Assembly (NCBI RefSeq): GCF_001194135.2
Contig: NC_068981.1
Location: forward strand, 69,679,914 to 69,718,532
Direction: 5' to 3'
Length of the DNA stretch: 38,619 nt
Source: Octopus bimaculoides
Lineage: Eukaryota
The position numbers and the translations under genes were made by a program. The notes below the pieces were generated by a model. It was not told the DNA's origin, ran no database searches, and saw only the letters and a program-made list of their open reading frames with translations. Shown here one piece after another: positions 22,823-35,428 of the stretch; within the stretch, counting starts at the first letter, position 1; each line of letters begins with the position of its first letter.

Positions 22823-23720
22823 TTTTTTTTTTTAAGTTTCAGCTTAGAGCTGCGGCCATGCTGATGCACCACCATGTTGATACACTGTTAGTACAAGGAG
22901 CCTCTTACAATATGTGGCACTTGGTGAAGAATGGAGTTTGATTTAGCAACCCTCGTTTGCACCTCCTGCCGCGAGGTAGGTTCATCTGGAACTCTCGATA
23001 GGAAGAGGTCCAGCTTTGATTTAATAACTCCTACATCTACTTTGTGAAGATTCCTCAGGCTCTTTGGGAGAATATTAAAAAGCTGTGGGCCCCTGAATCC
23101 CAAGTTGTTGCAGTAACTGGTCCTGAAGCGCGATGGCATTGCTGGGATCTTTGGCACTATGCAGTGTCGTCCCGTTCTGGCATTGGTGTAGATTTCAATG
23201 CCAAAATTTGGCACAATTCCTTCCATGATCTTCCAAATNNNNNNNNNNNNNNNNNNNNNNNNNNNNNNNNNNNNNNNNNNNNNNNNNNNNNNNNNNNNNN
23301 NNNNNNNNNNNNNNNNNNNNNNNNNNNNNNNNNNNNNNNNNNNNNNNNNNNNNNNNNNNNNNNNNNNNNNNNNNNNNNNNNNNNNNNNNNAATGTTCTCA
23401 GGATCCATCCAGCCAATCGTCTGCACTTTGTTGCCATTCTGGTAATGTGCACTTGGAAAGAGGTATCATCACTCATGTCGATACCCAGGTCTCTCACTGA
23501 TTTAGGCTCTGGGATTGAAATTCCCTGTGGACCAGTGTACTCTGTAAGTTTCATATTCAGTTTTGGACGTTGGTAGCGCAGGGCTTGGAATTTTTGAGCA
23601 TTAAACTGCATATTATTGTCCTCAGCCCATCTGTAAACTGAGTCCAATTCCTGCTGCAGGTGTGCAACATCACTGGAGTTTTGTATTTTCTGCGAGACTT
23701 TTGTATCGTCTGTTTTATAT
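22823..23720 (-). mobile_element. 5'-truncated CR1-group LINE (RT C-terminus, 3' UTR, poly-A), with internal assembly gap 23239-23390
   Basis: Reads DDTKV..LQQELDSVYRWAEDNNMQFNAQKFQ; VRDLGIDMS; GPQLFNILPKSLR..KSKLDLFL; stop at 22888; poly-A at 22823-22833. Confidence 0.9.
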
Positions 23721-23899
23721 TCATCGATTTCTGTTACCACTTGCGCATTTTGCTATCTATTGACCATGAATATTTCCATTGTGTATAATGTTAGCAATCT
23801 CACATCTCGCTTCATGCCGTAACTCAGTTTCTCGAAGTCTGTACAAGTTTTATAGAACAGCATCACTCTTCCGCACTTGGATGGCCTCATTATTACTCT

Positions 23900-24230
23900 T
23901 AACTAATATAAAAGAAAGGAAGATAAGGGACAGTGAGGCACATTTGTGAACTTTCTCGGCAGATGTTCAGAAATAAATGTTGAGTAAATGAACAACCCCA
24001 AAATTCAGTTACCGTTGCTATGTCAGATTCATGACTGTAAACAAGGAGTCGGAGGCGGATTTATGGTAGTGGGTAGTAAATATAATGATGGTTTAGAATC
24101 AACTAAAACTTGTGACTGTGACTCAGGTAAAAGGAAGTAAAAGTAATGAAGGATTTAAGCAATACAGATGTAATACATATGCTGATGATACAGTCATCAC
24201 TATAGCAACTGTTTATATCCGGGATGGATA
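23900..24230 (+). mobile_element. Possible heavily decayed LINE reverse-transcriptase fragment
   Basis: YADDTVI at about 24178-24200, with faint upstream remnants resembling the FVDF and GVRQG motifs in the expected order. Confidence 0.35.
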
Positions 24231-27200
24231 CGGGGAGACGGAAGGTAGTTTTGGCATCTGCATTACCTGTATGCAGGTGCCTTATATGGATCCATCCTCT
24301 CCTTCTGCATAAGACCTTCAGAGTAAAGTTGTTAGGTATACCTAGATTATTTGAAATAATTCAATGTGAAGTTGACGCCAGGGAGTCGACTCTAGGCACA
24401 TATATAGGAAGTGATCCTGAATATATATGATGGTGAGTAACCGTTGATTTAGAAGATGAATATAGCTTCATTTCATTTAGTACGTGGAGAGAAATGGCGC
24501 GGGGAGGATCTTGTAGATGGGGGTTTTAAAGGTGTAAGAGGATGTAGCTGTTGGATGAAAATGTACTTTAGAATAAACGAAGTAACACAGACAAACAGTT
24601 CTCACAATTCTCTTTCGTTACTTTGCAACAGCAATACCGTCTGCCTCATGCACTCGTGAAGAACTTTGGTGTAGTACAGTGCCGGTTAGGTAAAGCTGCA
24701 ACGGAATAGTACAATGCAGATACAATTTGGTTTTCCTTTTAAATTAAAGAACAAAAACGCGACATGAAATAAAAGGGGCATCAGTATATAAAAGTGTGAC
24801 TTAGAAGGTAAGACTAGAGATGGAGAAAAAGAAAAAAAATGAACCTCCTTTAAATTTCATCATTTTACTATTTATTCTCACAGTTCGTCATGTATTCTTC
24901 TATATACGACCGGATGTAGCTTGGAGATCTCAATTAAAATTTATCTTATATTTAGTCAGAAGTAGCCTTTGGCCAGTTGGAGCTCTCTAAATGATCAAGT
25001 GTATCATCAGCATAGGATGGAAGCTCGGTTTGTGTTCAACATATTTTGGTGAGTATACTACAATGTGTATTTTGCAAATTAGATTCATTACAATAATTAC
25101 GTATTTAATTATAAACCTATTTATATTTCAGTCCATTGCGGATTCTTAATTAATTCGATATTAATTCTTTGAAGTACTTCCAGACATCACACTGAAGATT
25201 TTGTTTTAATCGATTTAATAAAATGAAGCAATAAAGAATGGGAAAAAAAAATTGCTTATTTTATGTAAGAATTAGTAGTGCGTCGATCAAAATATCTTGC
25301 AGTATTAAATTAGATGTATAACATAGTTGGATTCATCTTTATTTCAGGTTCGATAACCCAGTCTTTTATTTAGTTAATCTCTATCGGGGCTACATTGTAC
25401 CCCTCCAAATATATAGTCAGGTTTTTTCTACTGTAATGTCTCCTTTCATTTAGAAAAAATATATACATGAATAAAAAGTAACTAAAATTTATCACATTAA
25501 GCAATAGAACGTCACGTCTGCTCCAGCTTTTACTATCCTGTCTTTATAATATTTACTATGATTTCCGAACAACATAATAGAAATTATTTTTCATTCGTTG
25601 TGAAGAGATTTGTAACTTTAGAAAAAAAGTTGGCTGATATTTCTAGAAAAGGAATGGAAAGGAAGTTGAGATTCCTACGTTGGGAGATTTTGAAACACTT
25701 GCTAGAACAGTAGATTACATGTAATATAAACAAAATGATATCAAATTCACATTATCAAATACATCAAAATTGGACTAAGTTTCTCTTTCAAAATTCTGTT
25801 ACAAAATAAACAACAATCAATTACTGAGAATTGCTTCATCTAGTATACATTCTCCAGATTTATAATATCAAGATTGTATTAGAAATCCGTATTTATTTAG
25901 AAATATATATCAGACGTAAGCATTTCCTTTAGGGTATATTCATTATTATTTCCAAGCGCCATTTTTAAAGCGGTGTATTGTATTTCACTAGAAAGTGTTG
26001 CAATATATTCTGCATAATTTAATCACATAAATGGCGGATTTTTCCCTTTCGTTAATGTTGCGAATTTAAGATACTCTAACGAAACGAAAAGTTTATTATC
26101 CTAATAGATACTTGATATGTTTCAATGTCCAGTTATACATTTAAACCTCGAGATCTTTGAAATAATTGAACAGCAGCCTATTATATTGTAATGAGCTATG
26201 ATCGAGTATTATAATTCACTTCAGAGATAGATCCTTTTTAATATACTACTTCTAATACAGCATAATATTCTATTATGAATAATATCTCAGATATAATATT
26301 CCTGATAAAAACTTATTCTGGATTTGTAACTATATAAAATTGAATAATAAATTTTTCATTTCCAGTATTTTATAAGTGTGCCAAATACACATTAAATATT
26401 AAAATTGGCGGTCATAACTCTTTCATTGTTCATTGTTTTAAATTGTTCAAAGAGAAAACCAATGCATAATAAATATGTTACAAAGTCCTATAACAAATTA
26501 TTTTGTAATTTACATAGTTTGTATAATATTTGAATTATATATAATTTTATATTGATTATTTGCGTTGCATTTTTTTCTATTCTGAAAGTGTAAAAATGCT
26601 GGCGCTTCTCTGGCACATACATAGTACAATTAACTGTGTTTTATCATTTATCTAGCTAATGATTTGATTACATTTTAGATATATATTATTTCCAGTGGCG
26701 CATGCCTATCAGTAATTTCACATATTATCAGAAGGGATATCGGCAATAGCTGTCGCAGTTTTATCCTGTGTCACGCTTCCTGTTTCACGTTCATCTTAAA
26801 TATAGGGTTACCGACACTTCCTCTAAAAATGTGAGCATGTTACGATTTCCACAAATTTGCGTCAGGTGTAAATACATTTAGTGTGGGTTTTTTATGAGTA
26901 TTGCATACTGGGTTCAGAAAATAGTGATTAGTTGGTGAACATGAAGAGTTTGGCAGAGGAGTAAATTTCATTGCTCAAAGTCACTTTGATTGTTATAGTA
27001 CCTTCAAATACTCACATTGAAATACCCACATGTCTCTAAAATAGTGAAAGGTTACTTCTAAGGAGACTCCAACATTATATAATGAATCCAATATTTCTAT
27101 TCATAGAAATGTTGCACGTATCGTTTGGTGTGTTCAGGTGATATGTGAATGTGATGCCAACAAAAGGGGAAAACCAGTAATGTTCAAAGAAATGTGTATA

Positions 27201-30024
27201 TATGAAAAAATGCAATTAGGTTATGTAATATCAGAATACAGGATAATGAAATTATAACCAAAACTTGTTATGCAGCTTAATTGAATGAGTGTGTGTTAGA
27301 TATCTCTAGAGCACAGTCGTCACTTGATAAGTGACGGACAAAGTAGCTAGGATGTTAACCATAATGGAGAATTAAAATTTATTGGTATGAAGTGTAAATA
27401 ATTCAAAATGCTGTAGGAAAATCCAAAATGAAATGGAGAGTAAATTAGATGGACAAGGAAATATCCTGACAATGTTTTCATCATATTGTCAGATAATATA
27501 ATGACTGAATGTAAGGCAATAGTTGTTAGACTAGGCTAGGTGGTATTTCTGACGAAGAAATAACTGTGCATCTTATGACAGACTGAGTTACATCTCGGTA
27601 AACAGAGACGTTGTCATAAATTTGTCGGATGTAGTAGCTAAAGTAGCGGGCTTGTACTTTAATTAATTGCCTTAGTAGTGCAGAGGAACGTAATCAGTTA
27701 ACATACGCTCTCGAGGCTATATACCTAGTTCTTGTGTAAAGTATAATATAGCCCATCCATATCAGACTTTTACCAAATATAATCAAAGCACGTTTAACTT
27801 TTCACCGGTAGTGAACATGAGGGATGAAAGTGGGAGTAAGTAAGAAGAATGCCTGCACAATTTTGGCACCAGTCTTACTGCTGCAATTTTCAAGACAAAG
27901 ATAGGTATATAGTGATTGATATATGGTGATATAAAAATCATTTGTTTTATTTCAAAACATTCAATCAGTATTTTTCGAGATGGACGTCAACACAACGGAA
28001 CATTGTATCGTGATTGTTTTAACGCTTCGTAGGTGAGAGTGATGATTGTTTTGTAATTGATAGACATGTGTAAAAACAAATGAACATGCACAAATATACA
28101 TACACTCGGCAAAGCACAACAACCAAGCGTAAGGGACTACATAAACACGCACGTATATCTGTATGTTTCTGAGACTATGTTAACTATGATACTGCTTACC
28201 AAGGTAAGATTCATACAAAATTAGACATTTATTAGCCCACGAATATATATTGCCTATGGCATATTTGTAAATATTACAGGAATAGTTCATTGATCGAAAA
28301 ATCTAATAAACACGTACATTAATATTTAAGCAGATCGATATAGAAATACATGCATTATTATTCTAGTATATATTTGTTTCTGTATGTATATAATGTATTT
28401 TACTCTTTCATTTTGTGAGGTTATATGCAGCAAGAGATATACAACAAATATTTGTAAATAATATCCGTAACGTTTATATTTTCTTAATGGTCATACAAAA
28501 ATTCATATCTGTGTTGCATGATTTTAAAGAGGTCCTCTGATATAGAATCATGAAAATTATTTTGTATTATAAAAATGTCATATTCATAGGATGATAAATA
28601 TCAATGGTTGCATTTAAATTGAAATAAAATATGCATGTTACAGAGAATACACTGTGCAATAAAGTAATTTCAAATATTTAAGCTATTTAAGCAGGTAAAT
28701 GGTAAACGAGTAAATGAATGCTGGCAGGAAATATCTTAGGATTTCACGTTGCATTGTTCAACAAAAACTATATATAAAAGAGTAACTGGAGGAAAACCAG
28801 TAAATTCCATTCCAAACACAAGCTTCTTTAATTTCTTGTAATATTGTTTTAACTCTTATAATTTTATGCATTTCTTAGAATTCCGAGGTATATTGTAATT
28901 GAATACAGTGTCCCCAAGTTGGCGGATGTTCCTTATTTCTATATAATATTCTTATGATCTACGTCTATATCCAATGTATACAAATGTGTTAATCAGGCAA
29001 ATTTAGCTTAATATTAATCAATTTTATATGAAGTAATTCATTATTAATACACAAGGAACAATTCACCCACTGTTTAATAGATATTTTAAAAGTCCTAAAT
29101 CAAAGGTGTTCGAAACCTTAAATATGTTATCTTGACTATCAATGGGAATAACTTATACATTGCTATGATTCATCAAATACTTTCAACTTTGAACATCTAG
29201 CATCGTAATTTAGTTGCATTAGAATGGAGCGGAAATAGCTTTGCTACTCAATGAAACTTATACATGAAGCCATAACGGAGATTTTAACGGAGATACAGAA
29301 GGAGATCGATAACGAACTGCATAGAATATAAAGTATACTTTCATGATAAATGAGACATGCATAGTACATACGAAAATGAATCAGCTTTTTGTATGCTACG
29401 TCATAGAAATTCAGCCCTCTCAAAATGAGAGCAGCAATAACTATTTAAGCATATGCTATTCATTGCCAAAATGCTAATATTTATAATCAAGTTGAACGAA
29501 TTTAATAATCAATTCCTTGCAATGATGTACTGAATATGTCAAACATTCAAGTAGAACATCTATGTCGCTGATAATTTTAAACGAAATGGCATTACATTCC
29601 TTTAGCAATTAATATATTCATGAAATATATACTACACAAACGACCACGAATGTGAGAAATACCACAATAATCTATAAACTTGCGTCATGAACATCATACA
29701 TATTTAACAGACTATATTTTAGCTCTAGTATTATTTAATACACCGTATAAAATGATATACACTTTCCTCCAAAGTAAATATGTGTTCGTATTTAATATAT
29801 GTTCAAGTTTCGGCTTCTATTTCTTAAACGTAAAGAAATGTTAACGACAGTGGTACATTTTAACGTTATATCTACCGCGTGTACTTCATAATCATGATCC
29901 ATAGAGTGACTTGCATATAAGAAAATCACATAATTACATAGCTTAGTTCACATCTTGTTTTCTCATCAGAATCTTCTAAATGGTTTCCTTTCATCGATAT
30001 ACATTATATATAAGTTTCAACTTA

Positions 30025-30222
30025 TGGCAAATGGCCAGGAATTCTGGGGAAGTGTGTGAGTCGATTACATCGACTACAGTATTCAAATGGTACTTATGTT
30101 ACACACCCCCAAATGATAGAAGGCAAATCAATCTCGGCAGAATGAGTACTCAGACAGGAAAGACGGACTAAATGTTGCTAAGTATTCAGCCCGGTGTGCC
30201 AACAATTCTTCCAGCTTGCTGC
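30025..30222 (-). mobile_element. tRNA-derived SINE, same family as 21915
   Basis: GTCGATTACATCGAC..GGTACTTAT..GAAGGCAAA..CTCGGCAGAA..GCTAAGTATT..GCCAACAATTCTTCCAGCT aligns in reverse with the other copies. Confidence 0.8.
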
Positions 30223-30749
30223 ATATTCATATATTAGACGAAATTTCCTGCGTTGAAACCTTACTTTTGGTCATCAATATGACAATGTCCGAAAAATTTG
30301 TCGCATTAAATCATAATAATGAATGTCAATGTCAAATTCAATATTGTTTTAAAGCTATTGCAAAATTAACAACGGTGCATGCAATGAAAGAATTCAATAC
30401 TGAGAGGAAAGGCAAATTTTTAAGTTCATGCGGACTAGGACTCTGAGCCATTGGACAAAAATTACTCCTACATGATCTGTATCAAAAATGAACCACGTCT
30501 TTTTTTTTATTTTAAATTCTGTTGCTCACATTTACGTCTCTCAATTACATTTAACTCCCAAGAAATATCTAAACGTAGATATTTTCGAGAGGGATAAATG
30601 TAGTTTTGCAGCATTTAAGATTTTCTTATTTAACCTCTAAGACATTACAGATAAGAGGCTAATCACTCATTTTGAATCTAAGACCGAAATCTACTTACAT
30701 TATTTACATTATTTACATTTGACCGATATTTGTCCTCATCTTGTTTGTT

Positions 30750-30796
30750 GTTAACAACGTTTCAGCTGATATACCCTCCTGCCTTCGTCAGGTGTC
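30750..30796 (-). ncRNA. Minimal HHR-like motif in the left arm (core intact, stems I and II imperfect)
   Basis: Minus strand reads GACAC-CTGACGA-a-GGCAG..CAGCT-GAAAC-GTT-GTTAAC. Confidence 0.6.
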
Positions 30797-30828
30797 TTGG
30801 GGAAATTTCGAACCTGGGTTTTCTCCAA

Positions 30829-30875
30829 GACACCTGGCGAAGGCTGGAGGGTATACCAGCTGAAACGTTGTTAAC
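30829..30875 (+). ncRNA. Minimal HHR-like motif in the right arm (A6G core change, 6-bp stem II intact)
   Basis: GACAC-CTGGCGA-a-GGCTGG agggtata CCAGCT-GAAAC-GTT-GTTAAC. Confidence 0.55.
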
Positions 30876-31989
30876 AACAAACAAGATGACGACAAATATC
30901 CGTCAAATGTAAATAATGTAAATAATGTAAATAATTCCTCATCTCTTAAATATACAACCGATATCTACTTCTTTAGAATATGGATAGTGGATTAGGGAAT
31001 TTATTAACATATACATACAAACGTTTCGGTATTCAATTATCAACAGATGCGTACAAATAAGTTACTGTGTTTTACTTGAAGTAATTACTTTATTATCTCT
31101 CACAACCAAATGCACTTTCATTTTCCCGACAAAAACGTACCACAAAAAAGAATTGCACACTGGGAAAAGAAGGTCCCGTCAATACTTGTCACGCTAGCAA
31201 ATTAATAGTTCAAGATATAGAAAAATACGAAATCGGATTTCAGCGAAAGTTATGCAACATATTTGCAGCAAACTTCACTATGAAAATACCAAGTATATCG
31301 AACGGACACTCTCTTGCAGCTTAGGTTTAAACAACTATTAACATTCTAAAGCAGAACAAAATACACAGCCAACACAATATTAAGCCATCATAAATTATAT
31401 ATACAAAAATGAACTTTACCATCTCTTTAAACATAAACGATAATCTAGCATGTTGTCCATGAAATTTCATGTATCTAATTTATACACGCATGAAATTTAT
31501 CCGTAATTCTAACTGTTATACGGGGGATACAATTACAAAATTTATCGTAGGAGTCACCTATTATTTACAGAAGGCAACAGAGAAATACATTAAATATATC
31601 TTCGTAATAAAATGTTATGTATGTAATTTTCCCTACGAAATAAAATACATTTTGCAAGATATATCATTAGCAACATAAAACTGACAATAAAAACGCATGT
31701 AATAAATCTTAGTTACGACAGATATGACACGTCCTAACTGTTAAATGATACATAGATTTACCATTCATAATTTGCAATTCCGGTTATAATATTATTAATG
31801 TAAAATCATTCCTATGATTACCAGGAAATAATAACATGACAATAAAGAATAAACATTTTTTTGATATCATATAGGCATATATCTAACATTTTTATAGCAC
31901 ATTACAACTCCATCGAAAAGAATTATAAGCCAGTACTGAAACAAATTCAATCTTAAATACAAGAAAACATGTATGTATGTATGTATGTA

Positions 31990-32163
31990 AGTCATTATTT
32001 ACGTTAATTTCAAGATTTCTCGCCAATAGTGAAAGATCCCGTTCCTAACCTAGATCCAAGGCTCCTTCATTAGAATTTCAGCATGAATAACAGGGTATTA
32101 TTGTATATGTGTATGCATACATGTATGTATGTATGTATGTATGTATCTATGTATGTATGTATA

Positions 32164-32196
<33 letters not shown>

Positions 32197-32541
32197 ACGT
32201 AAAGATGTGTATGTTTTGTTTTTTATATTTCTTCCAATGCATATACTTCCATATCTAAACATGTTCATATACTTATATGATAAACTTCTGATTTTTACAG
32301 TTCCAGTGAGGATTATATCTGTAGTATTGAGAAGCGTTATTTCTACAAAATTGGTATTTAGGCAGTGTGTTATATATTCCAGTCTCCAAATAATTACAGA
32401 TATAAACCTGAACTTGTAATCTGGATACAGTAACTGCAAATTTCTCAATAGTTCAGCTTCGGTATTCTCTTTTTCCCTAATCTTCAGCTTTATGTTAACA
32501 TCTGCAGGGCAGCTTGCCACAACTGTACACAGTTTCTCATC
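31990..32541 (-). mobile_element. 5'-truncated RLE LINE 3' end embedded in (TACA)n arrays
   Basis: Reads EKLCTVVASCPADVNIKLKIREKENTEAELLRNLQLLYPDYKFRFISVIIW, resembling the E-x-SCP..K..KY..L..PVIIGALG RLE C-terminus. TATG arrays lie at 31969-31988, 32102-32196 and 32542-32648. Inclusion of 31990-32101 as 3' UTR is inferred. Confidence 0.75.
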
Positions 32542-32574
32542 ATATGTATGCATGTATGTATGTATGTGTGTATG

Positions 32575-32608
<34 letters not shown>

Positions 32609-32793
32609 TATATGTATGTATGTATGTATGTATGCATGTATGTATGTAAGTTTGAATGTTTGGATATAATTACATATGAAAGTATGTGCATATGTACGCA
32701 TTTGTGTATGTATGAGTGTTTGTCTGAATCTACCTACCTATTTATCTATATATCTAGCTAACTAATCATCTAGACCTACGTTATTTGAGACTA

Positions 32794-33171
32794 GGCGCAG
32801 GCGTGGCTTTGTGCTACGAATATTGCTTCTCAACCACATAGTTCCCGTTTAGGTCCCACTGCGTGTAACCTTGGATAACTGTCTCGTACTACAGCCTCGG
32901 GCCGATCAAGGCTTTGCAGGAGGATTTCGTTTAAGGAAACTGAAGGAGGCCTGCCGTATATATAATTATACGAATATATTCATATGTCTGTCTTTGTGCC
33001 TGTGTCCGTTCCCGAACAATCGCTTCATAACGCACTTGCGTTTGCGCCCCTGCAAGAGACCGTTAGAATAAGTACTAGGTTTACAAAGAATAAGTCCTGG
33101 GGGTCGATATCTTCAGCTGAAAACCCTTTAAGGTGGTGCCCCAAGGTCGCTGCAGGCAAATGACTGAAACG
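32794..33171 (+). mobile_element. tRNA-derived CORE-type SINE
   Basis: GGCGCAGGCGTGGCT head; ACCTTGGATAACTGTC resembling the CORE motif ACCTTGGGCAAGT; 3' GGTGGTGC..GCAG..CTGAAAC tail. Confidence 0.75.
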
Positions 33172-33184
33172 AGGTCATTTCTTC

Positions 33185-34002
33185 AATTAATAAATACTGT
33201 CATGAGATCCTGCTCTTTGACAACAAACTCTGCCGCAGATCTCACATTCATTATCAAACAGAAAAGTGTCTGGGATTGTGGTTAAGTCCTGTCTACGGAG
33301 TGTTCGTTTTAAGATAGATTGGTCAATACTTCGAGCATCAAAAGCTTTACATGTATTGTAGATCAATTGTTTCCAAAACGATCGATCTCGCGTCATCTGC
33401 TCCCAGTCTTCAACTTTCACATTAAGAGACTTACGGTTGCTTTTGACGGCATCTCTAAAACGTTTCGTAGAATTATACCTTGGATGTTTGTCACGCTGCG
33501 ACTCTCCGTAAAACAACTGCCTTCGCAACCTTTCATCTTACATCCTAGCAAGGTACCCAACCCAAAGCTTCTGACTGCGTATGAGGATCAGTTCAATACT
33601 GGATGCGTTAGCTTGCTGAAGAACAAAGGTGTCTGGTGTTAAAGACTTCCATTCGATGTCTAGTATCCTCCTTAAGCAAGTCTAATGGAATCTTTTTTAA
33701 AGCTTTGATGTGGCAACGATATGTAGTTCAGGTCTCAGAAGAGTATAGGAGGACCGTTAAACTGCAAGGAATGCATCTCTAGAGAGAATGCTGCCTAGGT
33801 AGATGAACGAATCAGACACATCTAATCTTGTCTTCTGGACGAAGATGTTAGGTTCCACATAGGGTGGGCCTGGTGGCTGAGAGAACATGATCTTTGTTTT
33901 CTTTAAACTGATGGTAAGTTCAAAAGCAATACAAGCTATAGACAAGAGACCCAATATAACCTGCATGTCGTCCCCAGTGTCAGCATAAAGGAGCTCTCAA
34001 AC
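33185..34002 (-). mobile_element. RTE-clade LINE 3' portion, decayed
   Basis: Reads ELLYAD; FELTISLKKTKIM; FIYLGSILS; RQLFYGE..KRFRDAVK..WEQMTRDRSFW; CEICGRVC zinc-finger-like end. Confidence 0.88.
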
Positions 34003-34330
34003 AAGGGCCTAGAATGTCCTTGACTTTCTATTAATTCGTTTGATATTAAAGAACTTACTTTGACTATTTGTTCGTATCAGAACAAATGTCTAGGGAAATG
34101 CGTATCTGTCATTCTATCGAGAAAGCCTTAATTTTCCATACATGACTATGAGAATTCAAAATACATACAAGTAAACATCACAAGAAAAGAAGACAAAACA
34201 CAAGCCGACGAGCCGTAACGTTCCCCTTTGGGTCAGGTAAAATTTACTTATATCCTGCAGCTGGTAATAGGTACCAAGCTTTGTGTTCGTATTTGTCTGT
34301 AGCAGTTCAATCTCGCTCGAATCGAAATCA

Positions 34331-34370
<40 letters not shown>

Positions 34371-34587
34371 GAAATTCCTCTGTCTGTAACTTATTTCCCC
34401 ATCTTTAACGCACCATACGATTGTAGGCTTCCGCCTTATGCATGGCAAATTGTTATATTTACAATATCACATCTAATACTTGAGTTTTATTGCCAGTGAT
34501 TTCATTCGTAATTACCCACGTCACTATTGCCCTTATGACAAGAATCTCAAACTAACGTTTATTTAATTTTCTTTTCAATACCCGCCT

Positions 34588-34660
34588 ATCATCATCATCG
34601 TCGTCGTCGTCGTCGTCATCACCATCATCATCATCATCATAGTCATTATCATCATCATTA
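34588..34660. repeat. (ATC)/(GTC) compound microsatellite
   Basis: Direct reading. Confidence 0.9.
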
Positions 34661-34799
34661 CTGCACTTACACTTATTTCTAGTATATATAAGTTTTTTTT
34701 TTCTTTAATGGCCTTCTTACTTGTATACTCTCACTTACATTTCTAAAAAATATTATCAAAATTATTAGTAACATGAATGAGGTTTTTTCTTTTACCTAC

Positions 34800-35400
34800 T
34801 CACACATCGTCATTACACTGTCTCCCCCTCTCATTCTTCCCTCTACTGTTCTTCGCCTCTACCTGTCACTACTATCTCTCTCTCTATCTATCTCTTGTTA
34901 CTCGTCCTTCACCTCTCACCGTTACTACTACTATCTCTCTCTCTCTCTCTACCTCTCGTTGCTCACATTTATTCTACTTCCTCCCCTTATTTTCCCTCTG
35001 CTACTCATACTCTCTCTCTTTACACAGCCTTGGTCAGGTGCGTCCGGCTGCTATTTCTTTTCGTTCTTGGACTCCCCAAGCCCGCACGTACTTCGTTGCC
35101 CCTCCTGTTCGTGCTTCACAGCGTTCAACACATACACACTTCACGTCTGGTTGTACAGCCTTTTTACTTGTTTGTTCATTCACCGTTTCGTTTTCCTGTC
35201 TCGTTTTCCGTCCGCCACTACCCTCCACGCAAATAATCTAATTTGTGTTCTTGGGAAGAACCATTTCAACGATGCGTACTGCCTTAATTCTCCGAAACGC
35301 CGGTGTTTTAATGGTGGCAGCTGATGAAGGAGATGTTTCTATGTAGCTTGCTTGTTTGTTGTACCTTGTTTATCATTTTGTCCATGTTCTTTTGCCACGT
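34800..35400 (+). mobile_element. Pyrimidine-rich interspersed-repeat-like segment ending in HHR half-cores, possibly a PLE-type 3' UTR
   Basis: Same layout as 13487-13700: a C/T-rich tract followed by CCGAAACG (35292-35299) and CTGATGAAGG (35321-35330). Confidence 0.4.
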
Positions 35401-35428
35401 CATGTACCCAGTTATGTATCTATATGTT

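Larger units (their letters stand above)
30695..30956. mobile_element. Palindromic HHR-bearing non-autonomous element (111-bp inverted arms, 14-bp spacer, short 3' extension)
   Basis: 30695-30805 and 30820-30930 are reverse complements with 6 mismatches. Flanking direct repeat ACCGA(A/T)ATCTACTT at 30683-30696 and 30957-30970. Confidence 0.9.

Noticed and set aside
27318-27625. Small hairpins (GTCACTT/AAGTGAC; TTATGACA/TGTCATAA)
   Set aside because: Stems of 7-8 bp are expected by chance in 38 kb of AT-rich DNA and are too short for a miRNA precursor.
29273-29330. Short helical-looking frame (MKLIHEAITEILTEIQKEIDNELHRI)
   Set aside because: Only 26 codons with weak splice context; compatible with chance.
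35064-35100. Twister-like CCCAAGCCC motif
   Set aside because: The other conserved twister elements and pseudoknot pairings are absent.
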